Counted from the stretch's first letter, positions 10,451-20,649 are shown. The stretch is DNA of 64,000 nt from an uncultured Actinomycetes bacterium (GCA_963784595.1 CAWARX010000007.1:66652-130651); one strand, 5' to 3'. The notes: generated from the letters alone by a model not told the origin. Translations and numbers: made by a program.

Positions 10451-11621
10451 ATGACCCTTCGTGACCACGTGATCTGCGACAGCGATCTCCACGTGATGGA
10501 GCCGCCCGACCTCTGGGAGCGTCACATCGATCCTGCGTACACGCACGCGGCACCGCGCGGCCTGTCCGAGCTCCACGCGCGACATGCGGGTCAAGGTGAA
10601 GAACAATGTCATGCTGCGGATGGGCAGCGTACGTCCGCTGCGCATCGAAGGGCGGAAGACCGGCTGGCACGCGGAGCACGACAACGTCTACGCGGCATCC
10701 GAGGCACGCGGCTGGGACGCGCAGTCGCAGGTCGACGCCATGGACGCCGAAGGCCTCGACCTCGCCGTCCTCTACCCGTCCCGCGGACTCTTCGTGCTCG
10801 GCATCGACAGCGTCGATCAGGTCGGGGCCGACGGGCTCGAACCCGAGTACGCGAGCGCGATCGCCCGCGCCTACAACGACTGGATGAAGGACTTCTGCGA
10901 CCATGCGCCGAACCGCATGTTCGGGGCGGGCATGGTCGCGCCGCACGACGTCCCGGGCGCGGTGGTCGAAGCACGCCGTTGCGTGGAGGAGCTCGGGTTC
11001 AAGGCGATCTTCCTCGCGCCTGCCACCGTCAACCGCCGGCCGTGGCACCACGAGGCCTACGACCCCCTCTGGGCCGAGATCGAGCGCCTCGACGTGCCGA
11101 TCGCGTTCCACGGCGGCGGCCAGACCTACCTCAAGCCCGACTTCGGTCTCGAGGTGCTCGACCGGCTCATGCTCTGGCACACGTTCAGCCAGCCACTCGG
11201 TATCCAGTTCGTCACCGCGTGCCTCTGTGGCGGCGGCGTGCTGGAGCGGTTCCCGAAGCTGCGGGTGGCGCTGCTGGAGGGCAACTGCTCGTGGGCCCCC
11301 TGGTTCATGTACCGGCTCGACGAGCACTACGAGTGGACCGGTTGGTACGAGGCGCCCGATCTCACGATGAAGCCGTCGGAGTACTTCAAGCGCAACTGCT
11401 GGATCTCGGTGGAGGCGGACGAGGTGACCGTCCCCCATTTCATCGAGACCTTCGGTGACGAGCGGTTGATCTTCTCGACCGATTACCCACACGGCGACTC
11501 GAAGTACCCGCACGCGGTCGACGCGTTCGACGAGCTCCCCATGACCGACGAGGCCAAGGCCCGCGCGGTCAGCACCAACTGGTTCGACCTCTACAAGATC
11601 CCGCTGATCAAGCAGGTCTGA
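10451..11621 (+). pseudogene. Amidohydrolase-2 family protein (ACMSD/LigW-like metal-dependent hydrolase/decarboxylase), frameshifted
   Basis: The N-terminus MTLRDHVICDSDLHVMEPPDLWERHIDP is in ORF 10451.. and the remainder is in ORF 10584..11621 (FSTDYPHGDS). The join ...SELHAR|DMRVKVKNN lies near 10575. Confidence 0.8.
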
Positions 11622-11624
11622 GGT

Positions 11625-12005
11625 TCAGCCTTCGAGCTGCGACTTCAGCGCCTCGAGGGCACCGGTGTACGCGCCCTGCATGACCTCGACCATCGCGTCG
11701 TCGGTCCGTACGTCCCACGTGACGAACGAGGCGCTGCCCGCAGGCATCACCGTGATGGTGGCCTCGTGCAGCTCCGGCTTCATGTCGCCGTCGACGATCC
11801 CGTAGGTGAGGGTGCGGGACTCGTCGTCGCGCGCGAGCTGCCGCTCGACGATGCGCATGCCGAGCATGCCGAGGACGCGGTCGTCGCCCTGGAGCTCGCA
11901 CGTGTCGACGCCGGGCATCCAGGTCAGGTCACCGAAATTCCCGACCTTCGCCCAGACGTCGTCGGGCGACCGGTCGATCGTGATCTCTGCGCGTGCCTCA
12001 CCCAT
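11625..12005 (-). CDS. SRPBCC (START/polyketide-cyclase-like) family protein
   Basis: 126-aa ORF with high GC3 and the typical opening ITIDRSPDDVWAKVGNFGDL. Confidence 0.65.
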   Translation of the reverse strand: MGEARAEITIDRSPDDVWAKVGNFGDLTWMPGVDTCELQGDDRVLGMLGMRIVERQLARDDESRTLTYGIVDGDMKPELHEATITVMPAGSASFVTWDVRTDDAMVEVMQGAYTGALEALKSQLEG

Positions 12006-12084
12006 GGTTCTCTGCTCCCTGTTCGTTCCTGTTGACCGCGGCCGGGGTGACCCGGCGAACGTGATGCGGATGGTCTAGTCGAAT

Positions 12085-12945
12085 TCAGCGACGCGCCATG
12101 TCGCGGCTCACATGCTCCTGGGCGATCGTGGCGAGCAGCACGCCGTGGCGGTCGTGCACGGTGCCGGTGTAGAACGCGCGACCCCGGGATGCCGCGCCGG
12201 GCACCAGATCCACCAGTACCCACTCGTCCAGGCGGGCCGGTCGATGGAACCACACCGCGTGGTCGAGGCTCGGTCCGCCCCGGGGTTGGACGTCGTCGAG
12301 CTTGGCCAGGCCGGTGCCGATGTCGGAGAGATACGTCAGCACGCACGCGTGCAGGAGCTGGTCGGGCGGGAGCTCCGCGCGGGCGCGCGCCCAGAAGCGG
12401 TACGGGCTCCGGAAGAACGCGCCGGTCGGCGAACCGATCCCGAGCACCCGGAGGTCGAAGATGGCGGCGTGGAGGGATCCGGGCCCGGCCGGTGGTACCT
12501 CCTCGGGCGGGGGAACGGTGGCGACGATCCCGCCGGGCTGGAACTCGTGGCCCTCCTCGTCGACGTGGAACGACACGAGCAGGCTCATGATGACCTCGCC
12601 GTCCTGGCGCGCGGCGACGTGCCGGGCGGAGAACGAGCGCCCGTCGCGGTCGCGGTCGACGTGCAGGATCGTGGGCCGCTCGGCACGACCGGCGCGGAGG
12701 AAGTAGCCGTGGAGCGAGTGCAGGCTGCGGCCGTCGGGCACGGTGAGGCTCGCGGCCCGGGCGGCCTGCGCGGCGACCTGGCCGCCGAACAGCCGCGGCC
12801 GTCGCGCGTCGCCGCGGGGATTCACGGCGCGGAAGATGTCGCGGTCGAGCTCCTCGAGGTCGAGCACGCGGAGCAATTCGGCGACGTCGTGGGACTCGGC
12901 CTCGCCCGGTCGGGGATCGCCTGGTTCGTCGCTCATCGCCCGCAC
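12085..12945 (-). CDS. tesB: Acyl-CoA thioesterase II-like (double hot-dog)
   Basis: 286-aa ORF with TesB-like segments (LFGGQVAAQAARAA, LHSLHGYFLRAG, SLDHAVWFHRP). Confidence 0.75.
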   Translation of the reverse strand: MRAMSDEPGDPRPGEAESHDVAELLRVLDLEELDRDIFRAVNPRGDARRPRLFGGQVAAQAARAASLTVPDGRSLHSLHGYFLRAGRAERPTILHVDRDRDGRSFSARHVAARQDGEVIMSLLVSFHVDEEGHEFQPGGIVATVPPPEEVPPAGPGSLHAAIFDLRVLGIGSPTGAFFRSPYRFWARARAELPPDQLLHACVLTYLSDIGTGLAKLDDVQPRGGPSLDHAVWFHRPARLDEWVLVDLVPGAASRGRAFYTGTVHDRHGVLLATIAQEHVSRDMARR

Positions 12946-12999
12946 CGTATCGGGCGACGCGTTCGGCCCCGGGACGCGAACGGCGCCTCGAGGGGTGGG

Positions 13000-14913
13000 C
13001 TACCCGGCGTGGCAGCTTCCGTCGCCGCTGGTCGGCGCGACGTCGAGAGCCGGGTTGCGGTCGAAGAACCCGAAGGGCGAGAGGAGGAAGCCGGTGTACT
13101 CCACCGGCATCACCGGCCAGTCCTCCGGGCGGACGAAGTGGGTGACCCCGAACGTGTACCAGAGCACGATGTCGGTGTCGACGAGTGAGCGATCGGCCGC
13201 GGTCCAGCTAGGGAGCCCGTCGCCGCCCGCGTGCTGGTTGGGATACTCGCCGGCGGCCCGGCGTTCGTCCGCGCGGTAGGGGGTGACCCACAGGTTGTGT
13301 CGGGCGAAACCGGCGCGCCGCCCGACGCTCGACTCGGGCGAGGCGAGCATGGTCGGGGTCGACATGGTGGGAACGAGCTTGTAACCGACCGGCTGCCCGA
13401 GACCGTTGCGGCTCGCTTCGTTGACGACCCGCCACGAACGGCTGGTGGCCGCGTTGTTCTCCCGTCGGGCCGCGAGCTCGGTCGTGAGCGGGGTGATCCG
13501 CTGGCGGAAGGCATTGCCCCACGGGTTCTCGGGGCCGGTCGGGACGGCCTCGGCCTCGACCTCGTACACGCGGTTCGCGGGCCCGTCGACGTCGAGGTCG
13601 AGGCGGGCCGAGAAGAGGTGCTGGTGGTGCGGCGCGGCGACGCCCGGTGCAACGACGTTGGCGTACTCGGGCTGATCCCCCGGAGTGATCGCCATCGGCG
13701 AGACGATCCCGGTGAGCTTCACCTCGAGCTGGATGTTGCCGTCAAGGTAGAAGTACCAGTAGAAGCCGTATTCGTAGTTCCCGACGGTCGCGATGAAGCT
13801 GACCACGAGGCGGCGCGAGCGGCGGGTCTCGTCGGTGCCGCCGTGCAGGTCGTGGTGCTTCCAGAGGATGCCGAAGTCCTCCTCGTGGAGGCAGATCGCG
13901 TGCTCGACCGTGTACGGGTCGCCCTGCTCCGTCGTGAGCACGGCGTCGAAGTAGTGGATGACGCCGAGGCAGTCGCAGCCGAGCTTCAGCGAATTGGCCA
14001 TCCGACCGAGGCCCCACTCGCCCGCGTCGAACGCGTTCTTCCACCCATGCATCGGCCCGGGGTCGCCGTAGGGCACGACCATCTCCGACACCGACGCGCG
14101 GTGGAGCACCGGACGCACGCGCCCGGCGTCGTGGTACTGCACCTGGTGCAGGACGAGGCCCTCGTACGGGTCGAAGGTCACGCGGAACGACCAGCGCGAC
14201 CACCGCACGCGGTTGCCCTCGACGACGAAGCTCGCGCCTTCGGGCTGGACGATCTCCAGCGGCTTCAGGTCGATGCGCGCGGGTCCGACGTCGGCGGGCA
14301 GGTACGAGCCGCGTTCGGCCGGGACGGGCACGACGCCGTAGTCGACGACCTCGAGCACCTCGCCGGCACCCGAGTCGAAGAACGCGACCACGCCTTCGAT
14401 CGGGCGCGCGTAGCCGTTGTCGGTCGTCTCCTCCCGCAGGTACGAGATGCAGCGGCTGATGCGCCGGCCCTCTTCGTGCGCCACTCCGAACGAGCCCGCG
14501 GGCCACGGGTCGATCTGCACGAGGTCGAAGTCCTCGATGCCGCGCCGCCGCAGCGCCGCCTGCCACTCGGGGTGCTCCTTGACGCCGATGATCGCGTTCA
14601 TGGACTCGCCGAACAACAGGGCGGGCCTCATGCCCTCGTGCGCGTCCCAGGATCGGATCGCACCCCCGGTGACCGAGACCACGACTTCGATCGCTTCGAG
14701 GCGCGCGGGCGGTACGAGCAGCGCTTCGACCTCGCGGTCGACGGGCGCGGCCGTGGTGTGGCCGGACACGATGTCCTTCGCCGGTTCGTGCAGGCGGACG
14801 TGCACGAAGACCGAGTCGGCCTCGTAGCGGGGGTCGGCGCGGACCAGCTCGACCGCGTGCCTGACCTCGTCGGCGGTGAGGGCGTCGAGCGGGTGACCCG
14901 AGACCGGGGCCAT
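13000..14913 (-). CDS. Copper-containing primary amine oxidase (TPQ cofactor)
   Basis: Intact 637-aa ORF with the TPQ consensus TVGNYEYGFYWYF and a His-rich copper site region (APHHQHLF). Confidence 0.9.
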   Translation of the reverse strand: MAPVSGHPLDALTADEVRHAVELVRADPRYEADSVFVHVRLHEPAKDIVSGHTTAAPVDREVEALLVPPARLEAIEVVVSVTGGAIRSWDAHEGMRPALLFGESMNAIIGVKEHPEWQAALRRRGIEDFDLVQIDPWPAGSFGVAHEEGRRISRCISYLREETTDNGYARPIEGVVAFFDSGAGEVLEVVDYGVVPVPAERGSYLPADVGPARIDLKPLEIVQPEGASFVVEGNRVRWSRWSFRVTFDPYEGLVLHQVQYHDAGRVRPVLHRASVSEMVVPYGDPGPMHGWKNAFDAGEWGLGRMANSLKLGCDCLGVIHYFDAVLTTEQGDPYTVEHAICLHEEDFGILWKHHDLHGGTDETRRSRRLVVSFIATVGNYEYGFYWYFYLDGNIQLEVKLTGIVSPMAITPGDQPEYANVVAPGVAAPHHQHLFSARLDLDVDGPANRVYEVEAEAVPTGPENPWGNAFRQRITPLTTELAARRENNAATSRSWRVVNEASRNGLGQPVGYKLVPTMSTPTMLASPESSVGRRAGFARHNLWVTPYRADERRAAGEYPNQHAGGDGLPSWTAADRSLVDTDIVLWYTFGVTHFVRPEDWPVMPVEYTGFLLSPFGFFDRNPALDVAPTSGDGSCHAG

Positions 14914-15708
14914 TCAGTCCGCCGCCGACTGCTGGCGGATGTACTCGGCGGATCCGGCGACGAATCCCTCGACGTTGTTGGCCTTGCCGGTGACGAAGTC
15001 CTTGAAGTACTCGGGGATGTAGACCTCGAGGACGCCGCGGTCGAGCGCGTCGAAGGTCGCGCCGACCAGCTCGTCGACGGTGATGAACTCCACCGGGGCG
15101 GTGAAGGGATCGTTGTCGGGGAGGTGGAAGAGCGGGGTGTCGACCACGCCGGGATACACCACGAGCACCTTGACGCCGGACTCCCAGAGGTCGATGGCCA
15201 TGGCCTCGGAGAACACCGACAGCGCCGACTTCGACGCGTCGTAGGCAGCCTCGCCCGGTGACGACAGCGTCGCCGCCACCGAGGAGACGTTGACGATGCG
15301 GCCACCACCGCGTTCGACCATCTGGGGCAGCAGCGCGAGGGTCAGGCGCGTGGGCGCGAGGAAGTTGACCTGCATCACGGAGTCGACGGTCGTGGCGTCG
15401 AGCGCGAGGGTGTGGCGACGTTTGGGGATGCCGGCGTTGTTCACGAGGACGTCGACACCACCCAGAGCCTCGAGTCCGTCCTCGGCGAGGCGGTCGACCG
15501 CGGCCGGGTCGCCGAGGTCGGCGAGCAGCTCGTGGACCTCGGTACCGAGAGCCCGGCAACGCGCCGCGGTCGCGGCGAGTCGGTCGGCGTTGCGCGCCGC
15601 GAGCGCGATCACCGCGCCCCGCCGGGCGAACTCCTCGGCCAGTCCGGCCCCGATGCCCGACGACGCGCCGGTCAGGAGGACGCGGCTTCCTTGCCAATCG
15701 ATTCCCAT
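14914..15708 (-). CDS. Short-chain dehydrogenase/reductase (SDR)
   Basis: Read from the internal ATG of ORF 14914..15774. It has TGASSGIGAG, NNAG and YDASKSAL. Its stop abuts the start codon of the amine oxidase (14913/14914). Confidence 0.85.
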   Translation of the reverse strand: MGIDWQGSRVLLTGASSGIGAGLAEEFARRGAVIALAARNADRLAATAARCRALGTEVHELLADLGDPAAVDRLAEDGLEALGGVDVLVNNAGIPKRRHTLALDATTVDSVMQVNFLAPTRLTLALLPQMVERGGGRIVNVSSVAATLSSPGEAAYDASKSALSVFSEAMAIDLWESGVKVLVVYPGVVDTPLFHLPDNDPFTAPVEFITVDELVGATFDALDRGVLEVYIPEYFKDFVTGKANNVEGFVAGSAEYIRQQSAAD

Positions 15709-15889
15709 AGGACCGGCACGGTACGTCACCTGCCGCGACCGGTCCACCGAGGTCGTCGAGATCCTTGGCGGCATCCGACGTTCTTCGATCTCGTGCCGGT
15801 TCGATCCACGTGACTTGACGCCGCCCCGGGGGGCGAGTGCACGATCATTGCATGCCCTCCAGCCCGTGCATCACGAGGTGCCACGTCGC

Positions 15890-16474
15890 GTGAGCACCTT
15901 CACGCTCTTCGACACGCCGATCGGGTGTTGCGGCGTCGCGTGGGACGACGCCGAACGCATCGCGGGCGTGCAGCTGCCCGAACCGACTGCGGCCGGTACA
16001 CGGGCGCGGCTGCGCGACCGGTTCGCCGGCAGCCGGACCGCTGCACCGCCGGTCGCGGTGCAGCGCGCCATCGACGAGATGGTGGCGTCGCTCCGTGGCG
16101 AGCCCGACGCCCTCGACACCGTCGTCCTCGCCATGGACGGCCTGGCGCCGTTCCGCCGCCGGGTGTACGAGGTCACTCGAACGGTCCCGGCCGGCGAGAC
16201 CATGTCCTACGGCGAGCTGGCGGCGGAGGTGGGCGCGCCGGGGGCCGGGCGCGCGGTGGGTCAGGCGCTCGGTCGCAACCCGTTCGCCATCATCGTGCCG
16301 TGCCACCGTGTGATCGCCGCCGACGGCCGGACCGGTGGGTTCACCGCGAGCGGCGGTGTGTCGATCAAGCTCCGGATGCTCGCGATCGAAGGTGTGCATC
16401 CCGTCGACGCCCCGACCGGGGTCAACGGGCCGACTCGACCTCGTCGCGGACGGTCCGGACGGTCGCTCGCATGA
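15890..16474 (+). CDS. ogt: Methylated-DNA--protein-cysteine methyltransferase
   Basis: In the frame of ORF 15290..16474, with the active site IVPCHRVI and the helix-turn-helix region YGELAAEVGAPGAGRAVGQALGRNP. The GTG start at 15890 is chosen by eye, so the start is uncertain. Confidence 0.75.
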   Translation: MSTFTLFDTPIGCCGVAWDDAERIAGVQLPEPTAAGTRARLRDRFAGSRTAAPPVAVQRAIDEMVASLRGEPDALDTVVLAMDGLAPFRRRVYEVTRTVPAGETMSYGELAAEVGAPGAGRAVGQALGRNPFAIIVPCHRVIAADGRTGGFTASGGVSIKLRMLAIEGVHPVDAPTGVNGPTRPRRGRSGRSLA

Positions 16475-16982
16475 TGTGGGCGACGAACGGTCGGATCACC
16501 CGCCAATAGCGGGCGAACGCCCGCCGGGACGTGGCGTCGGTGGTCGCGGTGCGGCACTCGTACGACAGGAGCGACGAGCCGTCGCCGTAGGGGCGGACGC
16601 TGAAGTTGCAGGCGATCTTGCCGAATCCCGGCTCGGCGAAGGCCGCGAACTCCTCGCGGGGTACGTCGTGCCACGCGATCTGCGGATGCCAGAACACACC
16701 GACGGCGCCGAACGCGATCTCCTGGCCGGGGCGTTCGCCGAGCAGGACCCAGCCCGGCATGGTCGCCTCGCTCAGTACCAGCGCCGGGGGTACGGCTTCC
16801 TCGCGATGGGAGAGCTTCGCCGGGAGCCCCCGGATCCACATGGCGGTGACGAGCAGCGGTGTGCGCACGCGGAGGAAGTCGAGGTCACGCGCCGCGGCGA
16901 ACGTGACCTCGGGTGCCGCTCGTACCACCGTGTGCTCCGCGAGCGAGACGTCGTATGTGGCGAGCGCGTCGTCGAGGAGCAT
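16422..16982 (-). CDS. Hypothetical protein (possibly SRPBCC-like)
   Basis: This is the C-terminal 186 codons of ORF 16422..17915, starting at an ATG at 16982 that lies 2 nt after the stop of the upstream ADH. GC3 is high. I do not recognise a motif with confidence. Confidence 0.55.
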   Translation of the reverse strand: MLLDDALATYDVSLAEHTVVRAAPEVTFAAARDLDFLRVRTPLLVTAMWIRGLPAKLSHREEAVPPALVLSEATMPGWVLLGERPGQEIAFGAVGVFWHPQIAWHDVPREEFAAFAEPGFGKIACNFSVRPYGDGSSLLSYECRTATTDATSRRAFARYWRVIRPFVAHIMRATVRTVRDEVESAR

Positions 16983-16984
16983 GG

Positions 16985-18025
16985 TCAGTCGGGCACCATC
17001 ACCGCGCGCCCCCGCAGCGTGCCGGCCCGCATCTGGTCGTAGGCGCCCGTTGCGTCGTCGAGCGAGCAGCGGTGGACGTGCGCGGCGATCTTGCCGGCGC
17101 GCGCGAGCGCGATCACCTCGATGAGCTCGGGAATCGATCCCCAATAGGTGGTCGCGACCGAGAGCTCGTACGGCACGCTGAAGAAGCCCAACGGCAGCGT
17201 GCCGCCCGCGATGCCGACCAGGGTGAGATCGGCCATGGTCCGGCTCGCGGCCGCGCCGAGCTGGAGCGTGGCGTCCGCGCCCACGAAATCGATCACGACG
17301 TCGGCGCCGCGACCGCCGGTGAGGCCGCGGATCTGCGCGACCGCGTCGTCCCCGGTGAGCACGGTGTGGTCGGCGCCGACGTCGCGCGCGAGCTCGAGGG
17401 CGGACGCGTCGCGGTCGACGGCGATCACGGTGGTGGGCGTCGTCGCGCGGAGGATCTGGATCGCCATGTGACCGAGGCCGCCCGTGCCGATGACGACCGT
17501 GGTCGAGCCTGCGACGAGGAGGCGACGTGAGCGCGCAACCGCGTGGTAGGGCGTGAGACCGGCATCGGTGAGCGGGGCCGCGTCGACGGGATCGAGGTCG
17601 CCGAGCGACACCAGGTAGCGGGAGTGGGGGACGACCATGTACTTCGCCATCCCGCCGTCGGCGCCGAGGCCGCCGCCCGCCGCACCGATTTCGCCGGCGT
17701 GCTCGCAGTAGTTCTCCATCCCTTGCACGCAGCGGTGGCAACGCCCGCATCCCCAGGGCCCGTAGACCGCGACGGGTTGGCCGACCTCGAGCGCCCGGAC
17801 CCCGGCGCCGAGCGCGTCGACCCACCCGGCGTTCTCGTGCCCGAGCGTGAAGGGGGGTGCCCACGGGAGGAGCCCGCCTTCGAAGTCGTCGGTGAGATGG
17901 AGGTCGGAGTGGCACAGTCCCGCGCCCCCGATCCGGATCCGTACCTCACCCGGTCCCGGCTCGGGGTCGGCGACCTCCCGGATCTCGGCGGGGTGCTTCC
18001 AGTCGACCATCTGCAGCGCGCGCAT
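16985..18025 (-). CDS. Zinc-type NAD(P)-dependent alcohol dehydrogenase (MDR family)
   Basis: 346-aa ORF with GHENAGWV, the structural Zn motif CGRCHRCVQGMENYC and the Rossmann motif VIGTGGLGH. Confidence 0.9.
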   Translation of the reverse strand: MRALQMVDWKHPAEIREVADPEPGPGEVRIRIGGAGLCHSDLHLTDDFEGGLLPWAPPFTLGHENAGWVDALGAGVRALEVGQPVAVYGPWGCGRCHRCVQGMENYCEHAGEIGAAGGGLGADGGMAKYMVVPHSRYLVSLGDLDPVDAAPLTDAGLTPYHAVARSRRLLVAGSTTVVIGTGGLGHMAIQILRATTPTTVIAVDRDASALELARDVGADHTVLTGDDAVAQIRGLTGGRGADVVIDFVGADATLQLGAAASRTMADLTLVGIAGGTLPLGFFSVPYELSVATTYWGSIPELIEVIALARAGKIAAHVHRCSLDDATGAYDQMRAGTLRGRAVMVPD

Positions 18026-18098
18026 GGATCCTCCTGTCGATGGGGTCGCGGCGAGTGTGCACCCGGATCGGGGCGGAGGACCAGAGGCTTTCGGCCCG

Positions 18099-19673
18099 TC
18101 AGATCGCGCGTTCGCGACCTTCCCAGTACGGGTCCCGGAGCTTGCGCTTGTAGAGCTTCCCGTTGGGGTCGCGTGGCATCTCGGTGGTGAAGGTGATGCT
18201 CTTGGGCGTCTTGAACCGGGCCAGGCGGGTCGCGGCCCAGTCGAGGATCTCCGCCTCCAGCTCGGGGCTGCCGTCGATCCCGTCCACCGGTTCCACGACG
18301 GCCTTGACCTCTTCGCCCCAGTCGTCGTGCGGGATGCCGAACACCGCGACGTCGGCGACCTTCGGGTGCATGATCAGCTCGCTCTCGATCTCGGCCGGGT
18401 AGATGTTGGCCCCGCCGGAGATGATCATGTCGATCTTGCGGTCCGACAGGAAGAGCCAGCCGTCGTCGTCGAGGTAGCCGGCGTCGCCGACGGTGAAGTA
18501 CTTGCCGCGGAAGCTCTTGTCGGTCTTGTCCTTGTCCTTGAAGTACTCGAAGTTCCCCGTGTGCATGTGCATGTAGACGGTACCGATCTGCCCGGCGGGT
18601 AGTTCGTTGCCGTCGTCGTCGAGGATGACGACCTCGGAGAACGGCCACTTCCGGCCGACGGTCCCCGGGCGTTCGAGCCATTCCTCGGCGAACACGTAGG
18701 TGCCGCCGCCCTCGCTCGCCGCGTAGTACTCGTCGATGACCGGGCCCCACCATTCGATCATCTGACGCTTCACGTCCGGCGGGCAGGGCGCCGCGGCGTG
18801 GATCATGTGGCGCAGCGACGACACGTCGTAGTCGGCGCGTTCGGCTTCCGGGATGCCGAGGAGCCGAACGAACTGCGTCGGCACCATGTGCGTGTTGGTC
18901 ACCTTGTACTTGTCGATGAGGTGCAACATCTGCTGCGGTGACCACTTGTCCATCACCACGATCGTGTGCCCGATGTGGATCGCCGCACCGGAGAACACGA
19001 GCACCGCGGTGTGGTACAGCGGTGAGCCGACGATGTGCACGTTGTCGTCGAACGGCTGCAGGCCGAAGAGGTAGAGCATGCCGCCGAAGGTGCCGCCGCC
19101 GGTCTCGGGGTCGACGTCCTGGAGTTTGCGCCGCACGCCTTTGGGGCGACCGGTCGTCCCCGACGTGTAGTTCATCACCAGGCCCATCTGGCGTTCGGCG
19201 GGAGCTTCGGTGGGCTGGCCGTCCTTGAGCTCCTCGTACGCGCGGAAGCCGTCGATCGCACCGCCGACCGCGAAGCGCCCCCCGGCCGGGAAGCCGATCT
19301 CGTCGGCGGCGGCGCGGGCGTGCTCTGCGAAGCGCGCGTGGGCGACGAACACCTTGGCTTCGCAGTCGTCGACGATGTAGGCGATCTCGGGGCCCACGAG
19401 GTGCCAGTTGATCGGGATGAGGTAGAAGCCCGCCTGTCCGACCGCGAGGAACAGCTCGAAGACCTCGACGTCGTTGGGCAGGAGCATGGCGATCGCGTCG
19501 CCCGGCTGCAGTCCCATCGCGCGGAGGCCGTGCACGAGTTGGTTGCAGGAAGCGAGGAGCTCGCCCGCGGAGATCTCGCGCTCGTCGGGGTCGACGAGCG
19601 CGAGGTGTTCGGGGTGGGCTTCGGCGATCTTCCAGAACCCCAACGGCGGCGCGTCGGTGGGCGCGGCGGTCAT
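18099..19673 (-). CDS. Acyl-CoA synthetase (AMP-forming, FadD-like)
   Basis: Intact 524-aa ORF with YTSGTTGRPKG, GDAGYLDDDGWLFLSDRKIDMIISGG and the C-terminal KLYKRKLRDPYW. Confidence 0.9.
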   Translation of the reverse strand: MTAAPTDAPPLGFWKIAEAHPEHLALVDPDEREISAGELLASCNQLVHGLRAMGLQPGDAIAMLLPNDVEVFELFLAVGQAGFYLIPINWHLVGPEIAYIVDDCEAKVFVAHARFAEHARAAADEIGFPAGGRFAVGGAIDGFRAYEELKDGQPTEAPAERQMGLVMNYTSGTTGRPKGVRRKLQDVDPETGGGTFGGMLYLFGLQPFDDNVHIVGSPLYHTAVLVFSGAAIHIGHTIVVMDKWSPQQMLHLIDKYKVTNTHMVPTQFVRLLGIPEAERADYDVSSLRHMIHAAAPCPPDVKRQMIEWWGPVIDEYYAASEGGGTYVFAEEWLERPGTVGRKWPFSEVVILDDDGNELPAGQIGTVYMHMHTGNFEYFKDKDKTDKSFRGKYFTVGDAGYLDDDGWLFLSDRKIDMIISGGANIYPAEIESELIMHPKVADVAVFGIPHDDWGEEVKAVVEPVDGIDGSPELEAEILDWAATRLARFKTPKSITFTTEMPRDPNGKLYKRKLRDPYWEGRERAI

Positions 19674-19698
19674 GGTGTTGCTCCTTGGTCGGCGAGGG

Positions 19699-20649
19699 TC
19701 AGGCGGGCGCGGAACGTCCGGCGGCAGCCCGGAACGCGGTGACGATGGCGTGCAGCTCGTCGAGCGCGGCGGAGGGGTCGTCGGGGAGCTTGAACCGGCC
19801 CCGCAGGTCGGTCAGGCCGGCGTCGGCGAGGGCGGGTACGGCCGCCATCGTGCGATCCAGATCGAGGCCACCGTCGCTCGCCTTCACGAGGGGGAGCGCG
19901 CCGGTGACCTGGAGCCCGGCCGGGTCGCGCCCGGCCTCGACCAGCTGCTCACGCATCTGGGCGATGCCGGTCACCGGGTCGGCGGCGGCGGGACCCCACG
20001 GGATCCAGCCGGCGCCGAATCGTGCCAGGCGCCGCACGACCCGGCGGTTGATGGTGCCGCTGACCCAGATCGGGACGCCGCCCGGTTGCAGTGGCTTGGG
20101 CATCATGTGGGTCGCTTCGAAGCGCAGCTCGGGGGAGTCGTAGGCGGCCCGTTGCTCGCGCCAGAGGGTCTGGCACACCTCGAGCGTGTGGTCGAGGAGT
20201 CGACCCCGCTGCTCGAAGTCGAGACCGGCCGCGTCGTACTCCTCGCGTTGCCACCCGACGCCGACGCCCAGGTCGAGGCGCCCGCCCGACAACACGTCGA
20301 GGGTCGCGGTGGTCTTGGCCAGCACGGCGGGGCGGCGGAGCGGGGCGACGAGGATGTTGGTACCCAGGCGGATCTGCGACGTCATCCCCGCCAGCACCGA
20401 CAGGGTGGTGAGCGGTTCGAGCCAGTGACCGTCGGGGCCGGTCGGTTGCTTGCCGCCCGCGGCGCCGCCGATCTCGGGCCGCCCGTACTCCTCGAGCCGC
20501 TCGCCGAACACCACGTGGTCGGAGAGGACGAGCCGGTCGACGCCGGCCCGGTCGGCGAGCCGGGCCTGTTCGAGCAGCGGCTCCCAGTCGCCCGGATCCT
20601 CCGCCGCGTACGACGTCAAACCGGTCGAGAGTTGGGTGATGGTCGACAT
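19699..20649 (-). CDS. LLM-class (luciferase-like) F420-dependent oxidoreductase
   Basis: ORF 19699..20685, with the start taken at the second ATG (MSTITQL). It has LLM motifs (LDVLSGGRLDLGVGVGW, PIWVSG). Confidence 0.8.
   Translation of the reverse strand: MSTITQLSTGLTSYAAEDPGDWEPLLEQARLADRAGVDRLVLSDHVVFGERLEEYGRPEIGGAAGGKQPTGPDGHWLEPLTTLSVLAGMTSQIRLGTNILVAPLRRPAVLAKTTATLDVLSGGRLDLGVGVGWQREEYDAAGLDFEQRGRLLDHTLEVCQTLWREQRAAYDSPELRFEATHMMPKPLQPGGVPIWVSGTINRRVVRRLARFGAGWIPWGPAAADPVTGIAQMREQLVEAGRDPAGLQVTGALPLVKASDGGLDLDRTMAAVPALADAGLTDLRGRFKLPDDPSAALDELHAIVTAFRAAAGRSAPA

Noticed and set aside
13231-15697. Very long ORFs on the opposite strand or in alternative frames of real genes. Examples are 13231..15261 +, 13742..15697 -, 300..1496 -, 817..2343 -, 22894..24858 -, 28886..31003 +, 46695..48158 + and 20616..22364 -.
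   Set aside because: These are Arg/Pro/Gly/Ala/Asp-rich low-complexity translations with no recognisable motifs, and they lack the third-position G/C bias. They overlap genes that have clear family signatures. This is the typical stop-codon-poor shadow ORF of GC-rich DNA.
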